A DNA stretch of 64,000 bases, taken from contig CM119267.1 in the NCBI GenBank assembly GCA_051294375.1, positions 6,534,367 through 6,598,366 of the forward strand, read 5' to 3'. Position 1 is the stretch's first letter; each line of letters opens with the position of its first letter. The notes below the pieces were generated by a model, which was not told where the DNA came from, ran no database searches, and worked only from the letters and a program-made list of their open reading frames with translations. Below, one piece after another: positions 39,354 to 52,652 of this stretch. Made by a program: the position numbers and the translations under genes. This stretch comes from Paraspadella gotoi (taxonomy: Eukaryota; Animalia; Chaetognatha).

Positions 39354-42300
39354 ATTGTGTCAATTAAATCGTTGTCAAAATAAAACTGTTTTTGTCCTAA
39401 TACCTCAAAAAACAACAAAAAGAGAGTATATACATAATTATATTGTAATAATGTAGTTTTCTTGCACCAATTGATAGCTTATTAAAAAAGATATATTTTT
39501 AAAAATATTTTCTTAAAAATAAAAAAGAAAGTTGTTTTACCAATTTGATAATGAAAATGGAAAAAAATATAAATGTGTAAAATTTCAATAGACATGTTAA
39601 TATTATTAGATTAATTAACTTTTTTAAATATTTTTTATTATACAGAACTATCAAAACAAATTAAAACATATTTATTAATTGTTTTTTAAAAAAATAGTTA
39701 TTAAAATGTTTATGCTCTCTTTTGCCTTATATTCAACTTTACAATGACGCATTAATCTCATTTGCATATTCGAGTCACTCGATTTATATTACTAACCTTT
39801 TGAGCATACTTGACCTACCGGCTGTGTATCTAATTTCCATTATATATGGTTCTGATCATATTTTGAAAGTTTTTTGAAAATCTGAATCTAGATTCAGGCA
39901 CTAATTTTAGCTAAAAAATAAATTTTTGACAGAAAAATTAAAACTGGGTTTTAATGAAATAAGTTTTAGCAAACAATGACGGAACTGCCCACGATCATTA
40001 GCGGTTATTAATTGATAAATTAATTTGATCCTAAATGTTTGTTTTTAAGTCTTTTCGTCACTTACCACGACGATGATGGGGACGACGACAATAATGCCGA
40101 TAAAGATTGACTTGATTGATTGATTAAATAATTAATTAATTAATAAATAAATTTATAGATTGAATAATTAATTAAGAGAAAAATAATTGATTGATTTAAT
40201 AATTAATTGATTTATTAATTTACTGATTTATTAATTTACTGATTAATTAATTATTGATTAATTAATTAACTAATTGAAAAGAGAAGAGATTAAAGTAAAA
40301 GGAAAGAGAGTATTGTTAACATAGAAATGAAGTTCTAGCATTCGAGGGATAAGATAAAGTAAACGAATAATGTGGTAAACAGAAACGAGATCAAACACTC
40401 GAGGACTTGCCCTCTCCCGGCCCGGGCAAACTTGGCAGTTGACGTTAGATAAGGTCCGGGTCATTGCCTGGTCAACGGTTGGCGCAGGGTATAGCTTATG
40501 TGAGTCTTGTCATGGCTGGATCGCCACACAGAAGGGCAATAGGGTCAGGAATAAGTAAGAAATCTGACAAGAGTCTTCCAAGCAAAAACTTGCTTTAACC
40601 AAAAATTAATATTGTAGTAGTCGTTATTTGTTTTTATTTGTTTTTTGTAGAAGCCTTCGGTTTTACCGTGACACGATATTGTAGCATAATGAAGCCTTTA
40701 ACGAAAATTCACTTTTGGACTATTCGCGCCATTCTCATCTGAGCAGAGAGAAGAGCGGATTACTTAGAGGTTCAGTTAGCTTCTTGCCCCTCTACATACA
40801 ATAATTTTTTTTCACTACTGGGAATTCACGGATGTATCACCCTTGGCACTGCAAATGAATATTATATACTAGAAAATTGACGCCTTTTTCGTTAAATAAT
40901 TTCACTCTTATTTATTCCTAGCAGATTCTGCTACTAAACGAAAGTTTAGTCATTTGTTAACAGACGATTATTATTTACGAGAAGAGGTATTGGACCCCAT
41001 GTTTCGACTCTTGTTTTTCCCGAGCTCTCATCAAGCATTTGATACAGTTGTATTTTTCACAATCATAGAAGTTGGGGATAGAGAAGAGACAAAGAGAGAG
41101 AGAGAGAGAGAGAAGGAGAGAGAGAGCTAGAGATTCCAACAAAGAATTGAGAAAAGGACACGTCGGTCCCAGAATTAGGGAAGGGGTGAAGGGGTGAAGG
41201 ACAGGAGAAAGGGAAAATAAGTTTGATTGGTTGAAAGGTGGTGGAAAAAAGAGAGCAGAGAGCGAGCACGCGAGAGACATGCCTCCATGTGCAAATGTAA
41301 CACATAAAAAAACAAAGAACATAGATAAATGAATCAGTAAACATAAAATGAATAATAACAAATAATAATAAATAAAGTTGATTTAACTAATGGAGTATAA
41401 GTGAATAGTGAAATGAAGAATAAGCTGGTGAGGGAATAGGTAAGTAAAAGGGATTTTTAGTTAAAATTAAGTTTAGGAAAGAAGCTCAAATTGAAGCTGG
41501 CCCCGNNNNNNNNNNNNNNNNNNNNNNNNNTTAGACCGCAGAGATCCACGATCATCGCTTTAATTTGCTCCCACTCTCCTACTTATGATCACCTTTTTTA
41601 AACATAATAACAACAATACAGAATCGCCATATTTGATTCCGATAATCTTTTATCTATAAGTTAAGTTGCTTGTTCTTGTACTCTGGAGACCTAATGGTAC
41701 TGATCTCACGATGTAGTGTTCAACCGCCGCATCAAGCTAAGCCGGCAATAGGGTCAGGAAAAGTAAGAAAATCTGACAAAAGTCTCCAGCAAAAATTGCT
41801 TTAACCAAATAAAATTTAATATTAGTAGTCGTTATTTGTTTTATGTTTAGAAGCATTCGGTTATTACCTACACGAATGTAGCATAATGAGCCTTTAACGA
41901 AAATACTGGACTATTGCATTACTCATCTGAGCAAACCAAGAGCCATACTTAAGTTCAGTAGCTTCCATACTCTAGCAATAATTTTTTTTCTACTGGGTAC
42001 ATACGTGTATCAAACCTATGGCACGCAAATGAATATTGATACTATCTAGAAATTGACAAAGTTTTCGTAAATAATTTCCTCTTTATTTATCTAGGCAGAT
42101 TCGCATAAACGAAAGTTTAGTCATTTTGTTAACAGACGATTATTATTTTACGAAGAGTATTGGACCCCATGTTTGACTCTTGTTTTTCCGAGCTTCTCAC
42201 TCAAGCATGAATACAGTTGAATATTTTTCACATTATCATTAAAGATTAGGTCGGGCGATAGCAGTAGACGCACGATTCTCGCAGAACAGATTACCTGTGA

Positions 42301-42894
42301 GAGTATGATCGACCGCAGAGCACTGTGACCCGATGAGTACGGACGTAGACGAGAGAGAACTTCACAAAGAATTTGACCCGTGTAACAGGGCTCTCAGAAT
42401 TCAGGACAGCGCTGAAGGTCAAGAAACAGTGAGATACAAGGGGCACAGAATAAGATTGGATTTGAAAATGGCTGAAAATTCATAAGAGATAAGCTACTCT
42501 CAATAATGGCGCTTGCCCCCCCCGTTCTATATTTGAACTTGTTCATTGTAATAGACCATCAGCATCATCAACAAAGATTTTCAAAAAGATTTTTCAAAAG
42601 AGCAATCTTTTGCCAATATTCATGATAAATTTGGCTGCTTAATATGCAAGAATAATATGCTTAATTAATTTTTAATTATTAAAGAAGATATTTAAAAAAT
42701 ATGTTTGTATTTGTATCTATTTAAAATTGTAATATGATAAACAAGCAGTGGGTCAAGCTTTTTGTTTCAGTTAAACATAATGAAAAATGATTTTTTTTTC
42801 CACAGACAAAAAGGTAGACATCCAAACTGTTTATATTAAACTGAAAATAACTTTTAATTTATAATTTTACATATTTAAAATAACATTTTATCAT

Positions 42895-43283
42895 GCCATC
42901 GCAGGAGACTCAACCCTCACCAAAAGAGAAATCAAATATAAACCAGAACCGAAATCAAAACAGGATCGGAGGATCGGAGAAAATCCGCAGATTTCGAAAT
43001 ATCGGATCGTGATTGGTTGAGAGAATGGCATCGACCAATCAGTTTGCAGAAACAATACAATTGTAAAAATACCCCTTGCCTTAGATCCTCTTCTCTTGAT
43101 ATAAATAGACGTAGCTTTCCTTAGTTTCAGTAGAATTGATCTGGACTCCTGCGTGTGTCTCACCGTTATTGTTATTATTCTCAGAATAAATCACGTTCGA
43201 TTTCGTCTTAGAAATCCATGAGTTTTTCCTTCAATGTGTTGGCAGCAGTGAGATTCGAACCCACGCCTCCGAAGAGACTGGTG
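42895..43283 (+). mobile_element. LTR-like segment followed by sequence antisense to the 3' half of tRNA-Leu
   Basis: TATAAATA near 43100, AATAAA near 43186, ...cttca, then tggcagcagtgagattcgaacccacgcctccgaagagactggtg (43240-43283). A second copy lies at ~58280-58614. Confidence 0.5.
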
Positions 43284-46200
43284 AAGCCAACAACAACGAC
43301 CACGCCACCCCAAATGGACCCCTTACACCCTCCACCTCCGACTCCGCCCCCGCCGGGAAAAATATACCATATATACATATTTTTGCTAGTTTTTTACTCT
43401 AACTAAAAATACATGCAAATTTATGGAGTAAAAAAGCTTTATTGGTAATCAAAATGTAATTCAGTTTTACCTTTTTCCAAATCCAAAAGAAAAACAAAAA
43501 AATTCATATGCCTTCATTAAAATTTTTAACTCCAAAAACTGTTATACTTTTAACTAGGTTTTAAACAATTCTTGTCTTAACATTTTTGGATAAAATTTAT
43601 AGAAACTATTTCGTAGAAAAACTATTGTCAGACAAGTTGTCCGCATGATTAGGGCTTTAATTTGATACCTCGCCCCACCACTCCTATCTCTTTTCTTTTC
43701 AACAAGTTATGCAAAAAAAATAACTTTTTTCATCCGGAGAATTAAAGAATTTGAAGCCTACTGCGTATCAATCTTTGTTTAATAAAGCAAAAATTTCGGC
43801 AACCAGCGGAGTATCTCAATTATCCAAGTATGTATAATACCTAAATTTCAAAAAATAAAAACTAAAGAAAATTTTGTTATCATCTAGAGACATATCACTT
43901 TCAGTTGTACCGCCCATCGTCTCTACTCGTTTATGGCTTATGGTTTAAGAATTCAGAGAAAACAAAGTATCTAGTCCAAATTTCAACTTTTACACTGTAA
44001 TTTTACCTGTATCATTGGCTGGGCCCGAATCATATTTGCCATGTATTTGTCCAGCATAAACTGTCAGAAGGATGGCTTAGTTATTACAAATGGTCAGATA
44101 AATAAATTCCATGACCGATAATTTTTTTTGTGCACATGAAATTAAGCGTGATCTGTCTCTGCGTCTTAGTTAACTGATTAATTATTTGATTAATTAATAC
44201 ATCTTGCATTTACATTTAATGAGTAGAAAAAACATGAAGCATCAATCAATGTCGGTGAACAGGTTTTCTGTGTTTTTTGGTTCATTAAACTCATCTCCAC
44301 TGGAGCACGAATCCGATCGAAACAATTCTTTCCGGGTGTCGGAGAACGTTTTTATTCAACGCAATCCACCGCTCTTCGCCTACCCCACATCAAACATTTC
44401 AAGTCTCAATCGTCCTCTCCACTCATGTTATAATTCGGTGTTCAAAATAATGAAATACCTATTTTTTTGTTCTTTTTATTCTCGATCATACATTAAAACT
44501 TATTTCCACTCGCTGACATAGTTCCGAATTGAGGATTTGCAAGATCGCCGAAATGTTTGCACCAATGATTTAAAGTGTGTGCCCCCGGACAATATTGAGC
44601 GAGGGCGGACCGACGGACCGACCAAAGTGGAAGTTATAGAGTCGGGAATCCTGCTGATACAGTCGCATCCGCGAACTAAAAAATTGAAAACAGTCTTTTT
44701 AAAAAACATTTTTTTGATGTCAGCCTTATAACTTTCAAACGCGTCTTGCCACGCTCGAGTTTATGTAGGAACTGCTGGCACCGCAATTGCCCTTGACTCA
44801 AATCTTCTTCCAAAAAAGCTTTGTGTTTTATTTTTTCTATATTGTAGCTGCTTTAGCCATCCCAAGATACGAGATTTTTTTTCGACTGGTGCGTGAAAAA
44901 GTGGCCTACTTTTTTTGTCGCCCTNNNNNNNNNNNNNNNNNNNNNNNNNNNNNNNNNNNNNNNNNNNNNNNNNNNNNNNNNNNNNNNNNNNNNNNNNNNN
45001 NNNNNNNNNNNNNNNNNNNNNNNNNNNNNNNNNNNNNNNNNNNNNNNNNNNNNNNNNNNNNNNNNNNNNNNNNNNNNNNNNNNNNNNNNNNNNNNNNNNN
45101 NNNNNNNNNNNNNNNNNNNNNNNNNNNNNNNNNNNNNNNNNNNNNNNNNNNNNNNNNNNNNNNNNNNNNNNNNNNNNNNNNNNNNNNNNNNNNNNNNNNN
45201 NNNNNNNNNNNNNNNNNNNNNNNNNNNNNNNNNNNNNNNNNNNNNNATCTTTTAAATCGTTTCCTTAGATGCAGGACAGTAAGAAAAAACCTTTAATATT
45301 AAAAAAAATTAATTACTTGAAATATCCTGAAGTTTCAGAAGTTTTAACAATATTCTTAATAAGTCCTTTACTACTGTTGTACAATTTATTCAATAAAAAT
45401 GGAGTTTTAAAATGTAAGGAAGCTGATGTGCTTATCAATTCAAGATTGCTTCCAATTTCAACACCAGCAGATGAAGCTGAAGTAATTTGAAGATATGTAG
45501 TTTCCGCGGAATAATCAAATATATTTATAACTTCTTTAAAATCGTAAATCCTAAAAAGATTTGAATACGTTATTTATCATAAAAAACTATATTCAACCAC
45601 GTAATACTACCTTGATTCCAAGTCAACCACAAAATCAAGCGTTGACACAAATGTTGAAGCACTGACAGTAAGTTTTTCATGCATATCCATTTGGACGAGT
45701 GGAGTTAGAGGATTAATATTGCGATTATTCAAATTCGTCCGAGTGCTGTTTAACAAATGCGAATACTCAGTAATAAGAGAAAGCAAAAGGGCGATATGAA
45801 GTTGCTGTATGCTACTTCATGTCNNNNNNNNNNAAAAATAACTTTTTTTCATCGGAGAATTAAGGATTTGAACTACGCAGTATAAATCTTTGTTAAACAA
45901 AAATTTCGGCAAAGCGGGAGTATCTCAATTTATCCTAGTTGTATAATACCTAAATTTCAAAATAAAAACTAAAGAAAATTTTGTTATCATCTAGAGACAT
46001 ATCACTTTCAGTTGTACCCATCGTCTTACTCGTTTATGGCTTATGGTTTAAGAATTCAGAGAAACAAAGTATCTAGTCCAAATTTCAACTTTTACACTGT
46101 ATTTTACTGTATCATTCTGGGCCGAATCATATTTTGCATGTATTTGTCCAGCATAACTGTCAGGAAGGGATGGCTTGTTATTACAAATGGTCAGATAAAA

Positions 46201-48700
46201 TAAATTCAATGACCGATAATTTTTTTTGTGCACATGAAATTAAGCGTGATCTGTCTCTGCGTCTTAGTTAACTGATTAATTATTTGATTAATTAATACAT
46301 CTTGCATTTACATTTAATATAAAAAAAAGAAGCATAATCAATTCGTGAAACAGGTTTTTGTTTTTTTTCATTAAACTCATTTCCACTGAGACGATTCCAT
46401 CGAAACTTGATTTCCAGCTTAATCACACGCTTTCCTACCCACATACAAAATTTCAAGTCAATCGTCCCTTCCACTCATGAATAATTGGTGTTCAAATAAT
46501 GAAATATATTTTTTGTTTTTTCCATTTAAACTTATTTCCACTCGCGCGATTCCATCGAAACTAATCGAGCACAATCTCACACTTCGCTACCCACACAAAA
46601 AAATTTATTCCAATCCATCCATCCAATCTCGAGTAATTGGAGTTTTATGCTAAGGTAGGACGGATGGATGGACAGACAGACATCGTTTTTTTGCATAATT
46701 TATCATAATTCGATGTTCTGACATATATGTGAATGCCCTACAAGATTAAGGAGGCATATCGACGGACAGACAAAGTAAATTATAGAATCGGAATCTGCTG
46801 ATAAGCAGATTCGACTAAAAAAAAATAAATTAATTTTTGCAAATACATTCTTATATGCAAAATTGCTTATTCACTAATACACTATATGGTATACAGTTGT
46901 CCCAATGGTACTGGTCCTGTAATAAAACTTACTGCCTCCTATACCAATTCGAAAAATTTTAAATCAGTATCATTACAATAGTTCTTTTTTTTCCGACCCA
47001 AGTTTTTTCAACCCGAAATCCCACGTTAGTACCGATTTGTCTGTCAAGCTATTAATGGCACCGCAAATTCGATCCTTGGAAAAAAACCCACGGGATCAAA
47101 AGCGCCAAAGTCACGTACTTCCGGTTATCCAATTTTTGTTTCGTTGAAATTTTTTTCAATAGACAAATTAAAAGACGAAAATAGTTTAAAATAGTAAGAA
47201 TTAATAGTAATATAAGAGAAAAAAAATAAAATATTTAATTGGTAAAAATAATTAGAAAAACCTTAAGAATCAATGTACAACGATAATAATGATGAATTAC
47301 TTTTGTTTAGCTTATGTTTTTATTTATACATCCTAGCGAGTTATAACGAATTTTAATTATTTATAAAAATTATATTTAATTTGAATTTAAATTTATTTTT
47401 AATATCTATATTCTTATACGGCACAGTCCAATATGAGTAGAAAACCAATATCAGCTGATTTCGGAATTGCAACGCATTGGACAATCCGTCCTCCTCCATG
47501 CAGCCACCAACCGGGGAAAGCTATGATTGAACTTTACATGGAGTGTATAACTCTGCCAAGATTGGGCAGAAGAAAAAAAGCAACAACGCAAGTGCTTAGA
47601 ACCTATTGATACTGTGGCGAAGGTGACGAAACGATTCCACTTCATGCATCAAAGACGGTCAAATTGAAAAATTGAATAATTCCTGAAGATTTCAAAGTCG
47701 TCCGAAAAGTCGATGAAAGTCGCCGAAATATACAATGGCAGTTATTTCAGTATTTGAATATTCTAAGAAACATTATAAATATTAAATTTTTTTAGCAATA
47801 ATTTCATTATGCGATGAGGGAATTCCATATTTTGACATCTCGCTGAGGACGCTATTGATATCGTTCTCAGACTTAACAAAATCCCAAGAAAGATCGAGAA
47901 GAGGACCCGAATTCCTACGGCGCCTTACGCGCAATGATCAATGTTGCATCTTGGCAACTTGATATCAAGCGGCTCAGAATTTAAACAAGATGCAAAGCGT
48001 CATTGAGCACCAAGCAAAGGAGAGAAAAGAAGCAAAGCCGTAAAACAGTATATATTCTTAAATAACAAGCACATAGCATAATTGTGTAATTAACTTTAAA
48101 TGTCATTACTAATGATAATTCATAAGGATGACAACGCACTGTTTGTCAGCAGATCATTTGCGATATTGACCTCCATCTGTCGCTAAAAGAAACTGATCCT
48201 ACTTGCAACAATAGACAAAAAAGAGCTAAACTTCCTGAGGATATATAGAACATCGTTTTAAAAGCAAAAGAGCTGGACAATTCGTATTGATCTTCATACC
48301 GACTACTAACAAAGTCCGTTATCTCGCACTGGCTTCTGATAAGGTTGATGACACAACGAAGCGCCATGTTGTTGACTTAAATTATTTCGTCGTTCACATG
48401 ATGTTGGGCAAGCCTGCTGCCCGAAGTCTACTCTAGGATACTTAATAATTTTATTAACATGAGTCCTGCTCTTTTTAGTACACACTTAATATTTTATATT
48501 AACAGTAAAATATATATGAAGACATCAATCTTCTTTTTAGTTAATGTAAAGTTGAGCCGGCTTTCTTTCAAAATTCCTCGTAAAGAATTGGAGTCGACGA
48601 GTCTTACAAACTGTTCTGCTTTCTTGTCAAACGGATTTTTCGATGTGAAGATCTGCGAAAGAGGATTAAATTTACTTCGGACTTTCACGCGCATACACGC

Positions 48701-48745
<45 letters not shown>

Positions 48746-51636
48746 GAGCAACAACTAGCCGCAGAATGCTCAAGGGATAGAAAGCACTTTGTGTATTATA
48801 TAGTTGCTATTTTTTCTCTTTAAAGTGACAATTGAGCTATTGCTAAACTTTTTGAAAATTACGTTCAATAATTGTGGATGAATCGTTCTGTTTTTTTAAT
48901 TTGATAACTTTGAAAAATGCATTTGAACTGCGGAAAAACCGGAGTATTATTCTAGTATTATGGTTTGACATAAATAGGAATGTTCGTGTTTATCTTATCT
49001 TTCTGAGAAGTAAGTATTAAAAAGTGTAGGTAAAATATATTTTCTTCTTTGAAAATATTAAATAACTTCCCATAATAAATCACCTTCGAACCCCCTATAT
49101 TTTGACGCTCGTGGCACTTTGACGCTCTTGATCCCCCGTACTGCATTTTTAAAAAAATGAAATGCAACATCGAAAGACCTCGATAGACGAATCGTAGACT
49201 ACTTCATTTTGGGTCAAAAGATTTTGGTCGTGGCAAGAGTTCTAATGTACAAGGTATGTACCATTTTATATAAATTTAAAGATGAAACCTAATAAACTCC
49301 TGTAAGTATTACATAAAGTAATCGGTAAAAAAATTTTGGAGTGATTTCTTTAAAAAAATTTTAGATTATATATCTTTAATTTTTAACAAATATCATTATA
49401 ATATGATTTAATAATCTTTTAAATCTTTCCTTAGATGCAGACAGTAAGAAAAAACCTTTAATATTAAAAAATTAATTCTTGAATATCCTGAAGTTTCAGA
49501 AGTTTAAACAAATATTCTTAATAAGTCCTTTACTACTGTCTACAATTATTCAATAAAAATGGGAGTTTTAAATGAGGAAGCTGATGTGCTTATCAATTCA
49601 AATTGCTTCCAATTTCAACACCAGCAGAGGAAGCTGAAGTAATTTGAAGATATTAGTTTCCGCGGAATAATCAAATATATTTATAACTTCTTAAAATCGT
49701 AAATCCTAAAAGATTTGAATACGTTATTATCAATAAAAACTATATTCAACCAACTAATCACTACTGATCCAGCAACCACAAAATCAAGCGTTGACACAAA
49801 TGTTGAAGCACTGACAGTAAGTTTTTCATGCATATCCATTTGACGAGTGGAGTTAGAGGATTAATATTGCGATTATTCAAAGTTCGTCCGAGTGCTGTTT
49901 AACAAATTCGAATACTCCAGAAATAAAGAAAGCAAAAGGGCGATATATAGTTTGCGTATGCTACTCATGGCTGAATAAGTACTACCCTTAAGTGACGAAA
50001 ACCAACAGTGCTCACTGCTTAGAAGAATTTCATTCCGGCTCGATAATTCACTTTGCGGCTTGTCGGTCCCACCCCAAAATCTTGTCAATAATCTATCAGA
50101 ACTCGAATTATGATAAATTTATGCAAAAACAAGTTTGAGCAAACAATGTCGGATCTGTCCACGATCATTATCGGTAATTAATTCATGTAATTAATTAATT
50201 AATTAGGCAATTAATAATTTGATCCAAAATTTTGTTTAGGTCTTGTCGTCACTAACCACGACAAAAGCAATGGCGACATGAAATATGCCAATAACGATTG
50301 ACTTTGATGATTGATTGAATAATTAATTAATTAATAGATATATAAATTGATTGATTGAAAAATTAATAAATAGATAAATTGATTGATTGAATAATTAATT
50401 GATTGATTAAATGACTGATTAATTAATGAATTATTAATTAATTGACTAATTGATTAATTAACTGATTAATTATTTGATTAATTAATACATCTTGTATTTA
50501 CATTTAATATAAAAAGAACAAGTTTGAGCAATTAATTAATTAAAGTAATTAAATAATAACTTAATAATTAATTAATTCAAGTTAATTAATTAATTAATTA
50601 GTCAATTAAATAATTAACTTGGTTAATTGACTGATTAATTAAAAACTGATTAATTAATTGACTAATTGATGAATTAACTTATTAATTATTTGACAGACAG
50701 ACAGACATCGTTTTTTTGCATAATTTATCGGACCGACAAAGTGAATTATAGAGTATCAGCAGATAAGCTTATAAGCAGATCCGACTAAAAAGAAGCATAA
50801 TCAATTAGTGTAACAGGTTTTTTTTTCCATTTAAACTAATTTCCACTCGGAGGATTCCATCGAAACTTCATATCCAGCTCAATCACACACTTCCCTACCC
50901 ACACACAAAATTCCATTTCAATCCATCCATCCAATCACAAGTAATTGATGTTTTTTGCTAAGGTGGGACAGACGGACGGACAGACAGACAGACGGACATC
51001 ATTTTTTTTGCATAATTTATCACAATTCGATAACGATGTTCTGACATGATATAAGTGAATGCCCGACAAGATTGAGGGGTTGGACCGACGGATCGACAAA
51101 GTGAATTATAGAGTCGGGATCTGCAAAAAAATGATGTCCGTCCGTCTGTCAAAAAAGTAAAATCACTGTTTGATTAGGCCTTTTTATAATAAATAATGAT
51201 AGAAGCTGCATTATTAAATTAATTAACTATTTAATTAATTATTGATTATTTAATTAATTATTAAATTATTATAATAACGAAAACGATGACAAAGTCAAAG
51301 ACGACGTTGAAAAAACCTAAACCGATGACGTCGCCAGAGAAGATTATTTAAAAAAGTAATTGTTATAAATTACTTAACCATTATTACTTAATTAATAAAT
51401 GTTTAATTAATCAATTATTTAATGATCGTGGGAAATGGTTATAAGAGCAAAACATTCATTTGCAGGGAAGGTTTGGACCAGGGCAAAAAACCGGGAGCTG
51501 AAGCGTTAACCCAAGGTAATATTACGGTGATGATGGATATTACAGTCACATCTAATAGGTACTGATTAGGATGAAACATTATGAAAACGAAAATAAGGCG
51601 GGTCTAACAGAGATCACAAAAATAAACAAGATTTAT

Positions 51637-52035
51637 TATGGTGGACCAAAATCCACNNNNNNNNNNNNNNNNNNNNNNNNNNNNNNNNNNNNNNNNNNNN
51701 NNNNNNNNNNNNNNNNNNNNNNNNNNNNNNNNNNNNNNNNNNNNNNNNNNNNNNNNNNNNNNNNNNNNNNNNNNNNNNNNNNNNNNNNNNNNNNNNNNNN
51801 NNNNNNNNNNNNNNNNNNNNNNNNNNNNNNNNNNNNNNNNNNNNNNNNNNNNNNNNNNNNNNNNNNNNNNNNNNNNNNNNNNNNNNNNNNNNNNNNNNNN
51901 NNNNNNNNNNNNNNNNNNNNNNNNNNNNNNNNNNNNNNNNNNNNNNNNNNNNNNNNNNNNNNNNNNNNNNNNNNNNNNNNNNNNTTATATTGAACGGTTC
52001 TGTCATTAATACATAATAATAATTGCTGTCTCTTC
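51637..52035 (+). mobile_element. Family 1 repeat spanning an N gap
   Basis: The 5' end tatggtggaccaaaatccac precedes the gap and the 3' end ttatattgaacggttctgtc...gtctcttc follows it. Flanks are tttat/attat. Confidence 0.8.
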
Positions 52036-52061
52036 ATTATTATATTTTATTTATTTTATTA

Positions 52062-52652
52062 ACATCTGGCCCATAATTATTGAGAAGGCTTCCGGGGCCT
52101 GTAGACGGCGTCCAGGACGCCGTAGAAAGCTCCTTTTTTTTTAAATAAAGCCTAGGATGTTTGTCTACCAAACTGTGAATTTTTTTTTTTATCGGCCCGC
52201 GCGTTTTCAAGATGCAGTCAATTTCCTCTGAAGCGCGCCGTCAAGTCATTGCCCAATTCTACCAACAGCATTTACTTTACAGTATTTTTTGAAGCTAAAT
52301 GTTAGCCGTCCATCTATATATCGCGTAATACAAAGAGTAAAGTCTGGAGATACTCTCAAACACAAAAAGGCGCAGGGCGGCCAAGAAAACTCCTGGCAAG
52401 ACAGTTGCGCACCGTCGTGAAAGGAAAGGAAAATAAAGTAGGGTTTTTTACTAGAAAGCTGGCGTCTCGATTTAAAGGTCCCTACGCCACATTTCACTAA
52501 AAAATTGTGACTTTTTTTGGTTCAACTTGTTCGTCTGTATTTAGTTAGCGTTATTAGTATTAAAAAATTATATTTTGTATTTATATTTACAATAAAATGT
52601 TATAAACTGTAACACATTCAATCTTTTGTCTCAATAATTATGGGCCAGATGT
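52062..52652. mobile_element. MITE with perfect 24-bp TIRs, flanked by TA
   Basis: acatctggcccataattattgaga (52062-52085) and its reverse complement (52629-52652). Confidence 0.75.

Larger units (their letters stand above)
37714..39403. mobile_element. Penelope-like inverted pseudo-LTR pair with minimal hammerheads
   Basis: The left arm (37714-37804 plus 38401-~38810) is the reverse complement of the right arm (~38922-39403). Each arm ends in a hammerhead core. Confidence 0.7.

Noticed and set aside
44787-45296. ORFs containing poly-X, also at 51571-52037
   Set aside because: They are artefacts of N gaps.
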